Shown: one piece after another, positions 1 to 13,230 of the stretch
Layout: every line of letters starts with the position of its first letter
Numbering within the stretch: position 1 is the first letter of the stretch
Assembly: GCA_002633005.1 (NCBI GenBank)
Contig: NMRA01000254.1
Span: 492,436 to 556,435 of the forward strand
Origin: Phoronis australis
Lineage: Eukaryota; Animalia; Phoronida
Reading direction: 5' to 3'
Length of the DNA stretch: 64,000 bases
The notes under the pieces: model-generated
Seen by the model: only the letters and a program-made list of their open reading frames with translations
What the model was told of the DNA's origin: nothing
Databases searched by the model: none
Made by a program: the position numbers and the translations under genes

Positions 1-32
1 GTGTCGCTGTGTAATTCGGAACGGCCCTATTG

Positions 33-1178
33 CCATGAACCGCACGTATATGGTACTAACTGTATGTTTTTAATTCTACTAGTTGTGTGTGCTACGACAG
101 TACAGTTAATAGCACTGAGAAAGCTATCGAAAAACAATCCTAATAAAACTTCAGCACGTGCATTATACTCAAGTAAACCACCCGCATAAATCCCGAAGGT
201 TAATGGAGTGATAGGCCTACACTGACGTATTCAGTCCCGACAGTGGCGTTATTTTGAACTCGGGAGATGATTTGTGTGCGGTAAAATTTTGCCCTTCGTT
301 ATCCGTAGGATTCACAAAGGATTGTAGGTGATACTCAAGCATTAAACTAAGACCGTAAGTTATTTTTTGAAATGCCACTGCTTGAGAGAACGTTTGTCAG
401 CCGTCCAGCCGGTTTCCGGATTTAGCGCAGCTTAGAAAACTGTAAAAAAGTTACTCAGCTACTTTAAAATTTGAACACACGTAATAGCCGTGTACAGAGA
501 TTTCATCGCCTACTTCTCTCCGAGCCAGTTCAAAATGTTGACTTGTCTTATACGCTGGCATTTTCCTCCGCCATAATTCTTCGTTTCAAACACCACGGGT
601 GAGAAACAACATGACCGCCGGTCCTCTTAAATNCATGAACTGCAAGTATATGGTACTAACTGTATGTTTTTAATTCTACTAGTTATGTGTGCTACGACAG
701 TACAGTTAATAGCACTGAGAAAGCTATCGAAAAACAATCCTAATAAAACTTCAGCACGTGCATTATACTCAAGTAAACCACCCGCATAAATCCCGAAGGT
801 TAATGGAGTGATAGGCCTACACTGACGTATTCAGTCCCGACAGTGGCGTTATATTGAACTCGGGAGATGATTTGTGTGCGGTAAAATTTTGCCCTTCGTT
901 ATCCGTAGGATTCACAAAGGATTGTAGGTGATACTCAAGCATTAAACTAAGACCGTAAGTTATTTTTTGAAATGCCACTGCTTGAGAGAACGCTTGTCAG
1001 CCGTCCAGCCGGTTTCCGGATTTAGCGCAGCTTAGAAAACTCAGCTACTTTGAAATTTGAACACACATCTTAGCCGAGTACAGAGATTTCATCGCCTACT
1101 TCTCTCCGAGCCAGTTCAAAATGTTGTCTTGTCTTATACGCTGGCATTTTCCTCCGCCATAATTCTTCGTTTCAAACA
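33..1178. repeat. ~560-bp near-identical direct duplication (33-592 vs 634-1178) across a single N; probably uncollapsed haplotypes
   Basis: Period of 600 bp; the second copy starts right after the N at 633, has scattered SNPs and lacks ~14 bp (gtaaaaaagttact). Confidence 0.85.
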
Positions 1179-1324
1179 CTCACTGAAGCCTTGCTATACG
1201 AGGCTACCTAACTTTATAAGCACCTCCTCGCGATGGTCACGTGACACGACAACTCATTTCTCTGACTCCGGCAAGTGTGCAAAAAAGCTCATTAATTGGT
1301 CCAGTCTCATAAAGTTTACCTAAG

Positions 1325-1432
1325 CAGTGGCGGACTTAGGGGGAGGGGGCAAGGGAGCCATTGCCCCCATAAAATTCTCACAGATTCCATTTGGCAGCTC
1401 GGGGGTGCGAATGTCTGCNGGATCCGCCCCTG
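1325..1432. mobile_element. Short hAT-like MITE with CAGTGGCGGA...TCCGCCCCTG termini
   Basis: Terminal inverted repeats; internal sequence shared with the copy at 19733-19885; contains an N at 1419. Confidence 0.6.
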
Positions 1433-2993
1433 ACATTGTGCGAACTTCAGTCATAAGAAATTTCATTCTCCAACTTGACAGTCACGTGACTTCTTAGACA
1501 TGCGCAAATAACGTCCACCTAATTAGGAGGCGAAACTGGAGGCTACACAAATACCATAGGTGTTCCAAATAATAAAATCGTACGGAGGGCACGAATATTG
1601 TATCTAACGAGCATGCTGGTGTTTGCCACCTACGGAGTTTTGCAGCTATTTTAGCGTCACATAACAAAGTGCAGTTTGCCGTTAAAAGCACGCCAGCCTC
1701 AGAACCTCGACTGCCACACTGCATTTCTTAAGATGGCAATTATGTCACGTTGTTGAGATTTGGAAAAAGTTTACTTGATGTGATTAAACTAACTTCTTCT
1801 TTAATCAATTCAAATTGATCGTTTTTCGACATTAATGGCCTCAAAAACCACTGTTTACTGCGTTATGGCACGTTATTGTTAGGTACGTAACAGCTGGAAA
1901 TAAAACACTTAAAAAAGCTTGTTGTTGATTATATACTTCTCATAACAGGCATTCCAACCAAACGATGCCAATTTCCTGCAAAGTTAAATAACTCTGGCCG
2001 ACAAAATGGCGGCCAAAACATCAATTTTGAAACATATTGCAAAAATTCTTTTTATATTTTGCCCTAAAATGGAAAAATTAAATGTTATACAATTGAAAAT
2101 ATCTTGACCTTACAGTTATTCATTAATTGAATAGAAAAAAATCAAGATGGCTGATAAAATGGCCGCCAACTCACAAAACCCAAATTTACTGCATGTGCGT
2201 TCTGCAAAATGAGTTTGTACTTGATAAGCGTTTAGACAAAAACATTTTGCAATCTACAGTCAGGCTTAACAAGTGAATTATTTAGTTTGTTTTTTACATT
2301 TAGACCATAAGTGTGGAATTTTAATCACATTTTAGAGTATTAAATATAGAAGTAGGTGTGTTTTTCAGAGAACGCTTAGTTAATTTTTCATCATAAATTT
2401 CAAACACGCAGAAATTTTTCTCCAAATTACATTCCTTTGAGGCATCAAAAATAATATTTGGTAAAAAAACATGTAGTTTTTGTGGAATTATTGGCCTATT
2501 CGTTACACCAACCCTGAATCACACTGGACAGGAATTGGCTTTGCTCTCTGTTATTGGAGATATTATTAGTTGTTCCCATGCAAAGAATTGGTCTGCTGCT
2601 GACATGAGTGGAGAATGTAGCTGCTAAGTTTATTTGCATTTGATTAAAAGAAAGTACATTTGAGTGACAAAAAGTTAATCGAGTTGGAGGATTGCCAATT
2701 TCCAGAAAACACGGGGATACATGTAATCAACTAGAGTTCTCTGCTTCACCGTATTCCATGGTATAGAGGTGCAACATTTCAGACAGTTGGCAGAGCTTAT
2801 GTGGATTACTTCAGCAAGTACACTCAGCCTACATGTACTGTTATTTTTGATGGTTTTGGAACTGGCCCATCAACTAAAGATGTCTCCCATTTTCGAAGAC
2901 TCGGTGAGGTGGTTGAAGCTGAAGTTCACCTCAACGGTGACATGGTGATCAAGTGAGAATGAGCATCCTTGGCAAACAGCAAAAATAAAGGTT

Positions 2994-5185
2994 TAAAGTG
3001 ATATATATTTATTGAAGAATACACAGAACATACAAAGAAATAATGACAAACCCAGAAATCGCGAAGCAATATATCCGGGTTGTAAACAATTTATACATGT
3101 AAATGAGACTAATATATATAGAGGTATATACATATACATTTAAGTACATGTAGTATCTGATATATAAGTATTTCAATACTTAGATATGCTATTATAATAT
3201 GTAAAAACAAAAATATGTACAGATTCATGTATGCAAATCAGAAGCAACAATATTGATAAACGGTACATAACATTTGCTAACGTTGCCTAGGAGGAATTCA
3301 TTGAGAACGAGGTCAAGGTTAGGACAGCCATTCAATAATGATGTAACTTTAGTAGGGATATTATTACAAGAATTGAGAGCGTATACAACTGATTGGTTCA
3401 TTGAGTGCACGAAAGAGTGAGTCTCTCAGGTATTCGCTGAGAGGACATTTGAAGAAATTATGAGGATAAGATTGATGGTCACCACATTTACAGTTTGGAG
3501 AGACATTAATAAAGTTGTGCCTAAACTTGTCAGAGTTGAGGAAAAGACAACATCTTGATCTGTAGAAAGCTATTTCGTTGTCGCGGGGAAGGGAGGATTG
3601 AGTCAAGGGTGTTGAGTTATCAAAATTATTTTTATACTCGTAAAAAAGTGGCGTTCCTTAACAGAGACTGGAAGAGAATTCCAGTTGTTGATGCACATCA
3701 TGACTGTAGACCTTCTGAATGCCTGACATAACGACGGAGGAATTGCATATAGGGTGGAGGATCTCAAATCACAACGATGGCCTTGTCTAGTGTATAGATC
3801 AAATATTTTTTGACAGAGGCGTTGTTGACATTGTTTATTACTTTAAAAGTAAATGTGGTCATGTGAAGATTGCGTCGAGTAGACAGTCGGGGCGACTTGA
3901 GACTATTTTTAAAAAAACCTTAACACTATTGGATCCCCTGTAAGCTCCACTTGTGAGTAAGGTAGCTTGATACTATAACTTCTCCAAATGCTGGAGTGCA
4001 CCCGTATTGGCAGACTGATATATAATGTCACAATAAACGATATGTGGAAGTATAAAGGATTTGAACAAAATTTTAAATGTGTCGAATTCAGATGACGAGA
4101 GACAAGTGGGTTAAATAGTTCGGGATTTTTTTGTACGAGCTCCCGAACGTGATGTGTAAATGAGAGTTTTTCATCTAACAGTATACTAAGATGTCTGTGC
4201 GACTGTTTTCTAGGAATGATTTCATCATTAAGTTTTAAGTCATAAGACGGGTCAACAAGGAAGAGAGCATTAATAGATTTGGAGAAGGTGACGTCAACAC
4301 TTTTTTCTGGTTTAAAATTAATACTCCATTCTTGTGACCAACAGCTGAATTTATTTAAGTCGTGTTGAAGCTGCAAAGAACTTTCAGGGCTGCTCCTTGT
4401 GAAGGGGTAAAAAAGCGCCGAGTCATCTGCATAAAAGTATGTGCTACACGACAGGTTATCAGGAAGGTCATTAATATAAACCAAGAAGAGAAGATGGCCC
4501 AATACGCTACCCTGCGGTACACCTGCGTTTACGAATCCAGGAGGGGATAAAGTTGAAAGTACGCCGTCGACACGAACACTGTATGTTCTACCGGACAGAT
4601 ATGAGGTGATCATGTTAATAAGATTACCATTAATGCCATAGGATCGAAGTTTTTTGAGGTAGAAGCTCGTGAAGGACACAGTAGAAAGCAGAAACTATAT
4701 CTATAAAAATGGACCTGACACTCTCGCCATTCTCAAAATGTAAATGAATCTCATGTACTATTTCAACAAGTTGTACCACGGTGCTGTTCCCACGCAAAAA
4801 AAAACAAATTGACGATGATACATTTAGATCAATTTGTTTTGTTTGAGAATTGTGAGAATACTTTGAGCAATGATCGTCTCGAAGTTTTGGATGGAGAATC
4901 AAGTAAAGTTGTTTGGCGATAATTTGAAATGTCAGTTTTGGAGTCTTTTTTGTGTATAGGGACCATAATTCCATGTTTCCAAGAAGACGTTGGCAATCAT
5001 TTTGATCATTTTGCTGATGATAAAAGCTGTGCCATCATTCTTATTGGGGTCAGTTTCATTGAGATACTTCCGGACATCAGTTTGATTAGCTGGGATGTCA
5101 GACAGTTGATTGAGACAACGTTCACGAAGAAAGGGAAAGTTGCCTACTTCAGTTGGTGTAAAGTGGCTTTTGTTCTTTGAAAAAC
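2994..5185 (-). mobile_element. 5'-truncated CR1/L2-group LINE pseudogene
   Basis: RT motifs GVPQGSVLG and FYADD (ORF 3909-4679); CKCG..H.FFKCP C-terminus; AATAAA 3' tail near 3005; 11-bp TSD AAATAAAGGTT at 2983-2993 and 5186-5196. Confidence 0.88.
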
Positions 5186-5925
5186 AAATAAAGGTTCATT
5201 CACTTCTTGTCAAGTTTCCTATGACATGCTGGTTGCAAAGTGGTACAAGCTCAAGGTGAAGCTGATGTTTTAATTGTCGAAACATCAGTAAAGAACGCAG
5301 ACGATACAGACTTGTTGGTTCTTTTGTGTTAACATGCTACTTCACAACAATTTCTATTGTTCATGAAATCTGACAAGAGGCCCTAAAGCAAAACCAGATT
5401 CAGGAACATCGAAAAACTGCAGCTGTCTCTTGGTGCCGAAACGTGCGCGCTTTTGCCATGTGCGCATGCAATAGGTGGCTGCGATACATCGCGGCTGTTT
5501 AGTATTGGCAAGGCTCTTCTGTTCAAGAAACTTCGTGATCTTGAAATCTGCGAAACCGCTAAAGTATGCTCTAGACTAGTGTAGATAAACTAAGACATAT
5601 TTGAAGCTGGTAGAAGAGTTGTGCCTATGCTCTAGGGCGGCGCTGGCTAAGGAAATTTGGATGACTTGCAATACAGGGGATTTGTGGAAAAGGAGTTATC
5701 AAGTGTAGCCCCAGTCCAAATACAGTCATTGCCACCAACTGCTTTAACAGCTAAATTCCATGCTGCCAGGAAGTACTATCAAGCGCAAGAGTGGTCAAGT
5801 TTCCGTGGCAGTGGCTTAGATCCCCTGGATTGGGGATGGATGCTGGCAGGTGGAAAAGTCATCCCCAATGAGGACGGACCAGCCAGCTGCACCAGAGAAC
5901 CTGCGGAAAGTAGTAAGATGAATAA

Positions 5926-6885
5926 TTAAAAACCGGACGAACGCCTCATTCATTTTGAAAGGAAATGCCTTTTACAGGTATTCAAAAAATTCAGAGGGGA
6001 TCCAATGGCACGCAATAACTGGAAAATCACTATCAAAATTTAAATTGGTGGAACAAATTCTCCAGGCGCGGTGTAACAAGCAATTGACCAGACCTCTCTT
6101 GCATTTAATCGGCACAAAACTATCAAATTTAAGATAAAGCCCAGAAAAACAGGGCTTACGATACACAGACGTTACAATGTTGTTATTCTCACGTTTACCC
6201 TCTGATTTTTTTGAATTGCTGTAAAAGGCACTTCCTTTCAAAAATAAATGAGGCAGATTAGGAAGCTGTTATTGGTCCCGAGAAAAAGAAAGTTTTCTTT
6301 TCTCTTGGTTACACCGGACCAAGTCCCAGCCGTTAAACTGATAGTACTTTTCAAACCTCTCCGAAAACATTCTAATAGGATTTATTGAACAATAGAAATG
6401 TTGTTTATAAGGTTGAACGTAACAACTGTAAGGAATTCTATATCGGACTCACGCAGAGACTCCTCGGTAGCAGGCTGAAAGAACATCACACCTCGGAGAA
6501 AAAGCAACATATAAACATGTAGGCATTGTGTTATCACTAATCACCAAACTAATTCAATTATTATTATCTGCAGAGCACCTAATAAGGAATTAATGTACAT
6601 TAAAGAGTCATTGATCATTCAGAACCAGCATGCTACGGATTCTCTTAATAACATGCAGAGCTCAGTGACCCTGCAACTATGGTGATGACCAGCTACTTAC
6701 TATTCTGTGTATCTCTTACTTCACTTTATGGATGTTACCTGAGCTGTATGTTGGCACTTGCTGTCCTCTGTAAATATTATCCTGAAGATTTCTAATGAAT
6801 AGAAATGTTGACTGAACATGAACTTTTTTATTTGTGAGGCGATCGTCCGATTTTTAATCTCACTTTGGAAAAAAATGAATTAATT
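5926..6885 (+). mobile_element. Penelope-like retroelement fragment with inverted 5' part
   Basis: Minus-strand TSVYRKPCFSGLYLKFDSFVP..KRGLVNCLLHRAWRICS (PLE RT C-terminal region). Plus-strand VVYKVERNNCKEFYIGLTQRLLGSRLKEH (GIY-YIG) at ~6400-6490. TAAGATGAATAA is repeated on both flanks. Confidence 0.8.
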
Positions 6886-7779
6886 AAGATGAATAAGATG
6901 GTCGTGCAAGGCTGATTGCAGTTCCAAGAGATACATGTATACTTGCAAGAAGTTACGTTGCATTTGCAGAATGCTGTGGTATAAGCGACAGCAATTCATT
7001 TCTAGTTGACCTAGATTAGTAAATAGTGGTTGATTGTGTATTGATTTTTACCACAGACTGCGAAGTACTGCTTCAGGTTGATTTGTAAATTAATCACAGA
7101 GAATTATTTTCGACACAACACGTTTTTCATGAGAAGAGTGACCCTTTAGTGCTGGGGAACCTGATGTTTTTCACCCAAATAAGTTGTTGAAAATTAATGA
7201 CAATGGTAGTCGTAATTATCAGAGCCAGACAAAAATTGTTTTAATGGACGTTTTGACCTAAGAAACTACCACTCTCGTGTTGTAATGCAAATTTGGCTGC
7301 CATTTTGTCTGCCATCTTGAAAAACCAACTTTCGCCACTCCATTTCCGGTAGATTTTTTCCTGACACTAAGGGGTGTGATAGGATACGATTTATGCAATG
7401 AAACCTTCTGATGCATTTTCCGGGTCATCCGGAGCATTACTGGACTATTGCATCGAAACACGCAATCCTTGACACCACTTTCTCCATCCCCCTTTAGCGT
7501 ATAAATGGGTTTCCCCTTTATGGAAAACAACACCGGGAAATCTGACAACATTCCGTTTGAAGGTATCGTAGTAGTCTATATATCTGTCCTCCAACAGCTA
7601 AAAGAATAAGTTACCGATATATTGAAGAGAATTTTTAAAAAAACACATATTATAGTCCCTTTTGCAACTTACATGTAGTAGAGTTAATAAACGCTTTTCT
7701 TCACCAACTGATCCACAATTCGACAAGGAAACTTGACCGAATGCACAAACTAAATCACTGATGGTAGACATTGTTGTCA

Positions 7780-8125
7780 AACTCTCGCCCATCAAGTAAA
7801 ACACACCCAGATCAAAATCCAACCCTATTACTTGATTGTTCTATGTTCTTTTCCGGTTATGTGATCGAAATCTAAGGTCAACTGGTTGAAAAAAGTGGGC
7901 ATTTCACGGATAAACCAAGTAAAATTTGTGTTTGAGACTACAACGTGGCGGTCAACATCTATAACTCGATTGACGAAAACTGGCTTCAAATGTTGCCTTT
8001 TAGCATGAATTCTTCAAATTTCTCCAACATAAAAATACAGTTGAGGGAAGAGGGGAGGTAATTCTTTCTAGAAATTACCATTTTATATCAAGAAACATTT
8101 TCCACTAAGATCTAAACTTCGACAA
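7780..8125 (+). mobile_element. Possible heavily decayed Penelope-like RT fragment
   Basis: Frameshifted EFFKFL..QH...TVE / FLEITIL...FSTKI resembles the PLE RT region after YVDD; weak match. Confidence 0.3.
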
Positions 8126-9225
8126 ATTGGACCACACACTTAAAAGCGTTCTGGTGGCTCTCAAAGAAAACCAAGAAAGGTTAATAGTTACAATGCAACA
8201 ACACACAAATGCTTTATTTGCACTGCAACATACTTGTTTTCCAATAAAAACACCAGTTTGTACACTTTACTTTGCAAGGGGTCAAGACAGCGCCAATTAT
8301 TTTCGCCGAATGTTGCCCATAAAATTAAGTCTAGCGTTTAGGAGAGTCTTTAAAAAGTGTCCCACGGAGAAGGCTTTCGGATATTTTTGAAGAATTAAGT
8401 CTGAGCAAAATTTTTTGAAGCACGGCTTATGCGTAAGATCACAGATTTTGTCCATTGAAAATATGCCAAGTAAACGCTCCATGCACTGTAGCCTATGGTG
8501 CAATATAATACACAAACTATTAGCTTGTTTGGCGAAAGTGCCTACCACAACGTACCTTTTGTGCTGTTGCAGGTTCTATCAAACATTGCCTCTTAAACAT
8601 AAAAAGGTTTTTGTTCTAGCTGAATTGGTTACGACATCTCTTTACTACTTGAGTACTTTTCACGGGCTAGGTATACGCGACATCTGTTGTTGAGTTTCTG
8701 TAGATCGTTACAGTGCCTCCTTATCAATACCCTTCACGCGTTAGGCATAAGGACATCAGCTGTTGTTGAGAGATGACAGAAAACAACGAGAAAAAACTTA
8801 TTCAACAACGCCACTTGGCGCACGCAAAATAAGGCACTCGACCTTTCGGTCCTATTTAGTACGCAACATAACGAATCCCCTGCACTCTCGATCAGTTTAA
8901 CTCTACAAACACAAAAGTACTCAACGTCTTTTAGTGTCAGAACATCGCCCTAACCTACATGATGATGTCAGCAGTTACATAAAATCCAATTGCATGATGA
9001 CCTTGTCTTCCTTCCGGCTTACCGACGTCTTCTGGTTACACTCATGACCTCGACCTTGGACTGAGGACCCTTTCTAACAGCCCTAATTAAGTCTATTACG
9101 TAATGATCCATGACGTCATTGTCTCTTCTATCCGGTTGGCAGTTGACGTCACTTCCGGTTGTCCCATCACACGTGACATTTCATCTTTAACACTTGTATG
9201 ACTTCCCAAATAGGCCTCCTGAACA

Positions 9226-12200
9226 TTTTTTTTCAAATTTAATACATTTATTACAAAAGACAGGTACATATACAAATATACACAGCACAACACAACACAA
9301 CACAACAGCGCACAGAACTGTGCAAAAAAAATAACGAGAAAGTATTTCATTGTTACTTCCAAGATAAAAAGTACTACTTAAATTTCTGTTCCGGCATCTG
9401 ATCAACTCTCTGGCTCCCTTCATGTTTCAAAACACATTTCCAATCTTCCCATTTTTGTATCGTGAAATTTCCGTGTGTTTAACAAAGAACTAACTTCTAC
9501 ATTAAAACACACCCTCAAATCTTAAATTAGGTTTGACGTTTGCAAATTTCATTTTAAAAATGAAAATTTTAGTTTGTAATTAACCAATTCAAAATTCCAT
9601 TTTCTTCATTTTGAAGACCAAATACAATGGTGGTTTTGTCTATTACAAATCTTACTTGCATTGCAGTCATTAACCAGAGACTTGCCCCATGCCAGAACGA
9701 ATTAACATATTCACATTCAAAGAATAAATAAGTTTTGGGAAAGTATTTACAAAAAGTACAAGAACTTGAGTCCACATACCTAATCTTATTTAAAATAATT
9801 AGCTGGTAGAATTCTATGCAGTAAGCGGAACTGAAAGAAATGTACATGTAAGCTTGTGTCACTCGTACATTTATGTGGAAGTTTGTAATAGAAATTCCAC
9901 ATATTCTCTGACAGCGAAAATCTCAGTACTTCGAATTTCTTTTGTGCCGATGCCATTATGTCATTTTTGCACAGAATATGGTAAGAATCCCGACATCCCT
10001 TTTTTGTCAAAATAATATATTTTTAGAGAAAAAGGTACAATTGGTCAATATACCTTTTTAGTATGGAGTTTTTGGAAAAGGTATTCAGATAATTTTTATT
10101 GCACTAACAATTGAATAATATTTGAGAAAGCTGGCATTAATCTGATCAATCGTCTGGAAACTTCCAAAGGTGTAGAAGTTACAATTCTAGTCTAAAATTA
10201 GTTCAGGAAAATTATACCTTTTTCGAGGAATGACTCATAAGTACAAGGGCTGTATTCACTGTAATACTAATGTTGGCCCACACATTAATTGACACCGCAT
10301 CTTCGTGACCTGAAATCGTCTGTTTGTGAACTAAAAGGCTCCAATACAGGAAGCATTCTTTCCAAAAAGAGTCACAGTTATCCGATCTAGTCAACCTATA
10401 GTCTCTATAGTTCAACATTCCATCTCTAGTAAGCCCGAAATCTTTTTGCAACAAATAAGTCCATGGAGATGTTGTTAAAAATCTTCTAATCCATGAAATT
10501 TTTAAAGGCATAATTTTTTTGACATTAATCATCCTCAACCAAACCTCTTCTATAGACGTAATGAGTACTCGTCTTTTTATTTTATCAGGTTTTCCGACCC
10601 AAATGAATTTAAAAAAACATTGTTTCAATGTCGCCAAAAGTAGTATCATTGGGCCTTTGGAGCAATATCAGCTGATGAATAATTTTTGGAAGCACAAGTG
10701 CTTTAAATACTGTGACCTTTCCAAAGATACTCAGCTTTCTACGAGACCAAATATTAATCAGATTCTTCATTTCCATTATTTTTGCATCAAAATTTAAAAA
10801 AACTCAGTGCAGGTGGTCTGTTGTCATTTGCGGTGCATCAGACGTGCGCAGGCTTCATGGTTGGGCCCACTGCACAAAACAAATGAGCAAAAGCGCGAGA
10901 GCCCAATTATGACTCCTCGTGAAGAAAGTTTTCAAGTCTGCTATTCTCTTTTAGGAAAACGTACAGAACAAGTTATCTTAGGATATAGTTTCCAAGTTGA
11001 CGCTGAAATTAATACCCAAGAGCTTAAAATCAACGTCACCATATTTTATTTTCCAGCGTTTGCGGTGAAACACATCTTGAGAGAATTTTCTACTTCCAAT
11101 CCACACTACTTTTGCCACGACATCCCTGCATAGAACTCTAGGTTGTTCATAAAGGCTGCCAGGGATCTTGGATTCCGTTTAATGTGAAAGTTTTGTCATT
11201 TGCGTATTGTGTTATAACGTAGTCTTCGTCGTCAATTTTAATACCTTTCACTTCAGGATCATACATGTATTTAATCAATATGGACAAAATTTCAGCACAC
11301 AGTATAAAAATATAAGGGGAAAGAGGATCACTTTGTCGACATCCGCGTTCCAGTATGAAGTTGTCTGACAGGAATCCATTTTGTATGACACGGGCAATTG
11401 GTTTATTATAAAATGTTCTTATCAATCGAATAATATTGGCTTTGAAATTAAAATTATCCAGGACTTTGAATGTAAAGTCCAAGGAGACTCTATCAAAAGC
11501 CTTTTCAAAATCTGTCAACACAAGTAGTCCTGGAATGTTGTGTTCGTCTGTATAACTCATATCATAAATTAGTCTTGTGTTCTCAGCCATAAAGCTTCCT
11601 TTAATAAATCCAGTTTGGGTATTTGCAATCAGTTTGTCTAGAACTTTTTTAAGTCTGTTTGCAACCCATCCCGAAGCCAGTTTGTATACACTATTCAATA
11701 AAGTTATCGATCGCCAGGTTTTCAAAAACTGTTTCGGCTTGTCTGGTTTTGGAATACATGTAATAATCCCAGTCCGTTGAGTTGTAGACATTTGTCCCAC
11801 TTCAAGACTACATTTATTGTGCAGCAATACAAAATATTTTATGTCTTCCCAAAACAGCTTAAAAAACTCCATCGCAAAGCCATCAGAGCCTGGAATTTTC
11901 TCGTTTTTTTGTATTTTTTAAAACCTCAAATAATTCATCAAATTGAATATTTATTCATTTTTTAATTGGATTTCTTCCAAGTCCGAAAGTACCGGAAGCC
12001 GAAAATGTCCGAATACATTATTCAACATTTCTTCGCTCTCAGACCTCGAAGAATATAAGTTCTTATAAAAATTCATCGTCTCGCATGAAATTTCCTTTTG
12101 ATCCGTAATACTTTCTCCTTCTTCTGTTTCTATAGCATATATCCGCTTACTAAAAAAGTCCCTTGATTCCAAGTTGCGAAAATATTTGGTCGGGCGTTCT

Positions 12201-13230
12201 CCACTTTCAATCCAGTTTGCTCTTAGCCGGACAACATAGCCCTTGAAAGTATCTCTTCCTAATTCTTGTAAATTGGTCTGTTTTGCTTCTTTAGTTGTAA
12301 TATCACCTTCAGTCGGGTTGTCTTTGCTTTCCAGCTTCTTAATGACTTGTTCTAAATTATGTTCATAATTGAGGTATTTTTTTCTTTATTATTGAGTGGT
12401 CTATAGTTGTGTTACGGATTTCCATAAACAGGACATCTAGGAACAACTGGTCATTAATTACGAAACGAACTTCATTGTTAGAAATTGTATCGATCATTTA
12501 ATAATTGTAAACTGGAACAAAATACTGACGTTGTACCCTAGTAATTCTTTCTTTAATATTTTTAGTATATTCCAAGCCACCCAATAGGAATTTTGAATTT
12601 CCAAAAGCCTTTCCCTCTTAAGATTTCTTTCATATAATTTAACACTCAATAGCACACCTGACTGATCTTATCTGTAACTGTTTATTACGTTAATTTTACA
12701 CACACAGTGAAGTAAGTCCAGACTCGCCTTCTTAATAGGATTTTTGCGTCTCTATGTATAACGGCTTAAATTCTGGTGGAATTTCCTAAATGGATCTACG
12801 AGGTCCCACATTTGCATGTGGTCTTTTAATTTCTCACTGGCATTTGGATTATTGCGTTGCTTAAAGTAACACATGGCTTTTGACTGGTCTAAAACAAGAT
12901 TGAAATCCCCACATGTAATATTTTTTCATTACCCACCTTCTAAATTTTTTTAAAGAGGTTTGAAAAATGCTAGGTTTATCCTCGTTTGGACCATACAAGT
13001 TTATTACTCAGCATTATTGCAACTTCTCTTGTATTGCTCTTGAATGAACTGAAATAGCAGGAAAACATCCACTGTAATTGGACTTGATCCTCCAAAGCCT
13101 TTACAAAATGAGTATCTTGAAGACAATAAATTTTGTATGACTTTTCTTTTAGGTACTTTAGAACATCAAGTCTTTTCCCGGAATCTACAAGTCCCTGACA
13201 GTTTAAAGAATGTTTTTTAATTTCCACTCT
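9226..13230 (-). mobile_element. L1/Tx1-clade LINE ORF2 pseudogene
   Basis: APE start SLNCQGL...IYCLQDTHF (12976-13227); RT WRSITLLNSVYK, DFEKAFD, RGCRQSDPLSPYIF, QYAND (11147-11872); C-terminal CTFC..LFFEC; A-rich tail at ~9226; multiple stops and frameshifts. Confidence 0.92.
10796..10978. repeat. Dispersed repeat inserted in the L1; related copies at ~54605-54700 and ~58780-58875
   Basis: Interrupts L1 ORF2; shares the core catcagac..gcgcaggcttcatggttg.gccca with the two intronic copies. Confidence 0.6.

Larger units (their letters stand above)
1980..7447 (+). mobile_element. Decayed AcademX-type DNA transposon (XPG/PIN nuclease + Cys8 finger), interrupted by a CR1-like LINE and a Penelope-like element
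   Basis: Broken frames read SLLHRIPW...VIFDG..GPSTKD (~2740-2990), EADVLIV, DDTDLLVLL, HAIGGCDT, SLPPT..FH..YYQAQEW, LDPLDWGW (~5200-5920) and CKADCSSKR..CKK (~6900-6980). The right end is ...CTGGACTA, consistent with the TAG...CTA termini of Academ. The left end is uncertain. Confidence 0.7.

Noticed and set aside
33-1178. 600-bp tandem repeat or LTR pair
   Set aside because: The copies join at a single N like the other duplications; no TG...CA ends or retroviral internal sequence.
8127-9200. Short ORFs and a possible LTR/PBS-like segment
   Set aside because: No recognisable protein motif or paired LTR.
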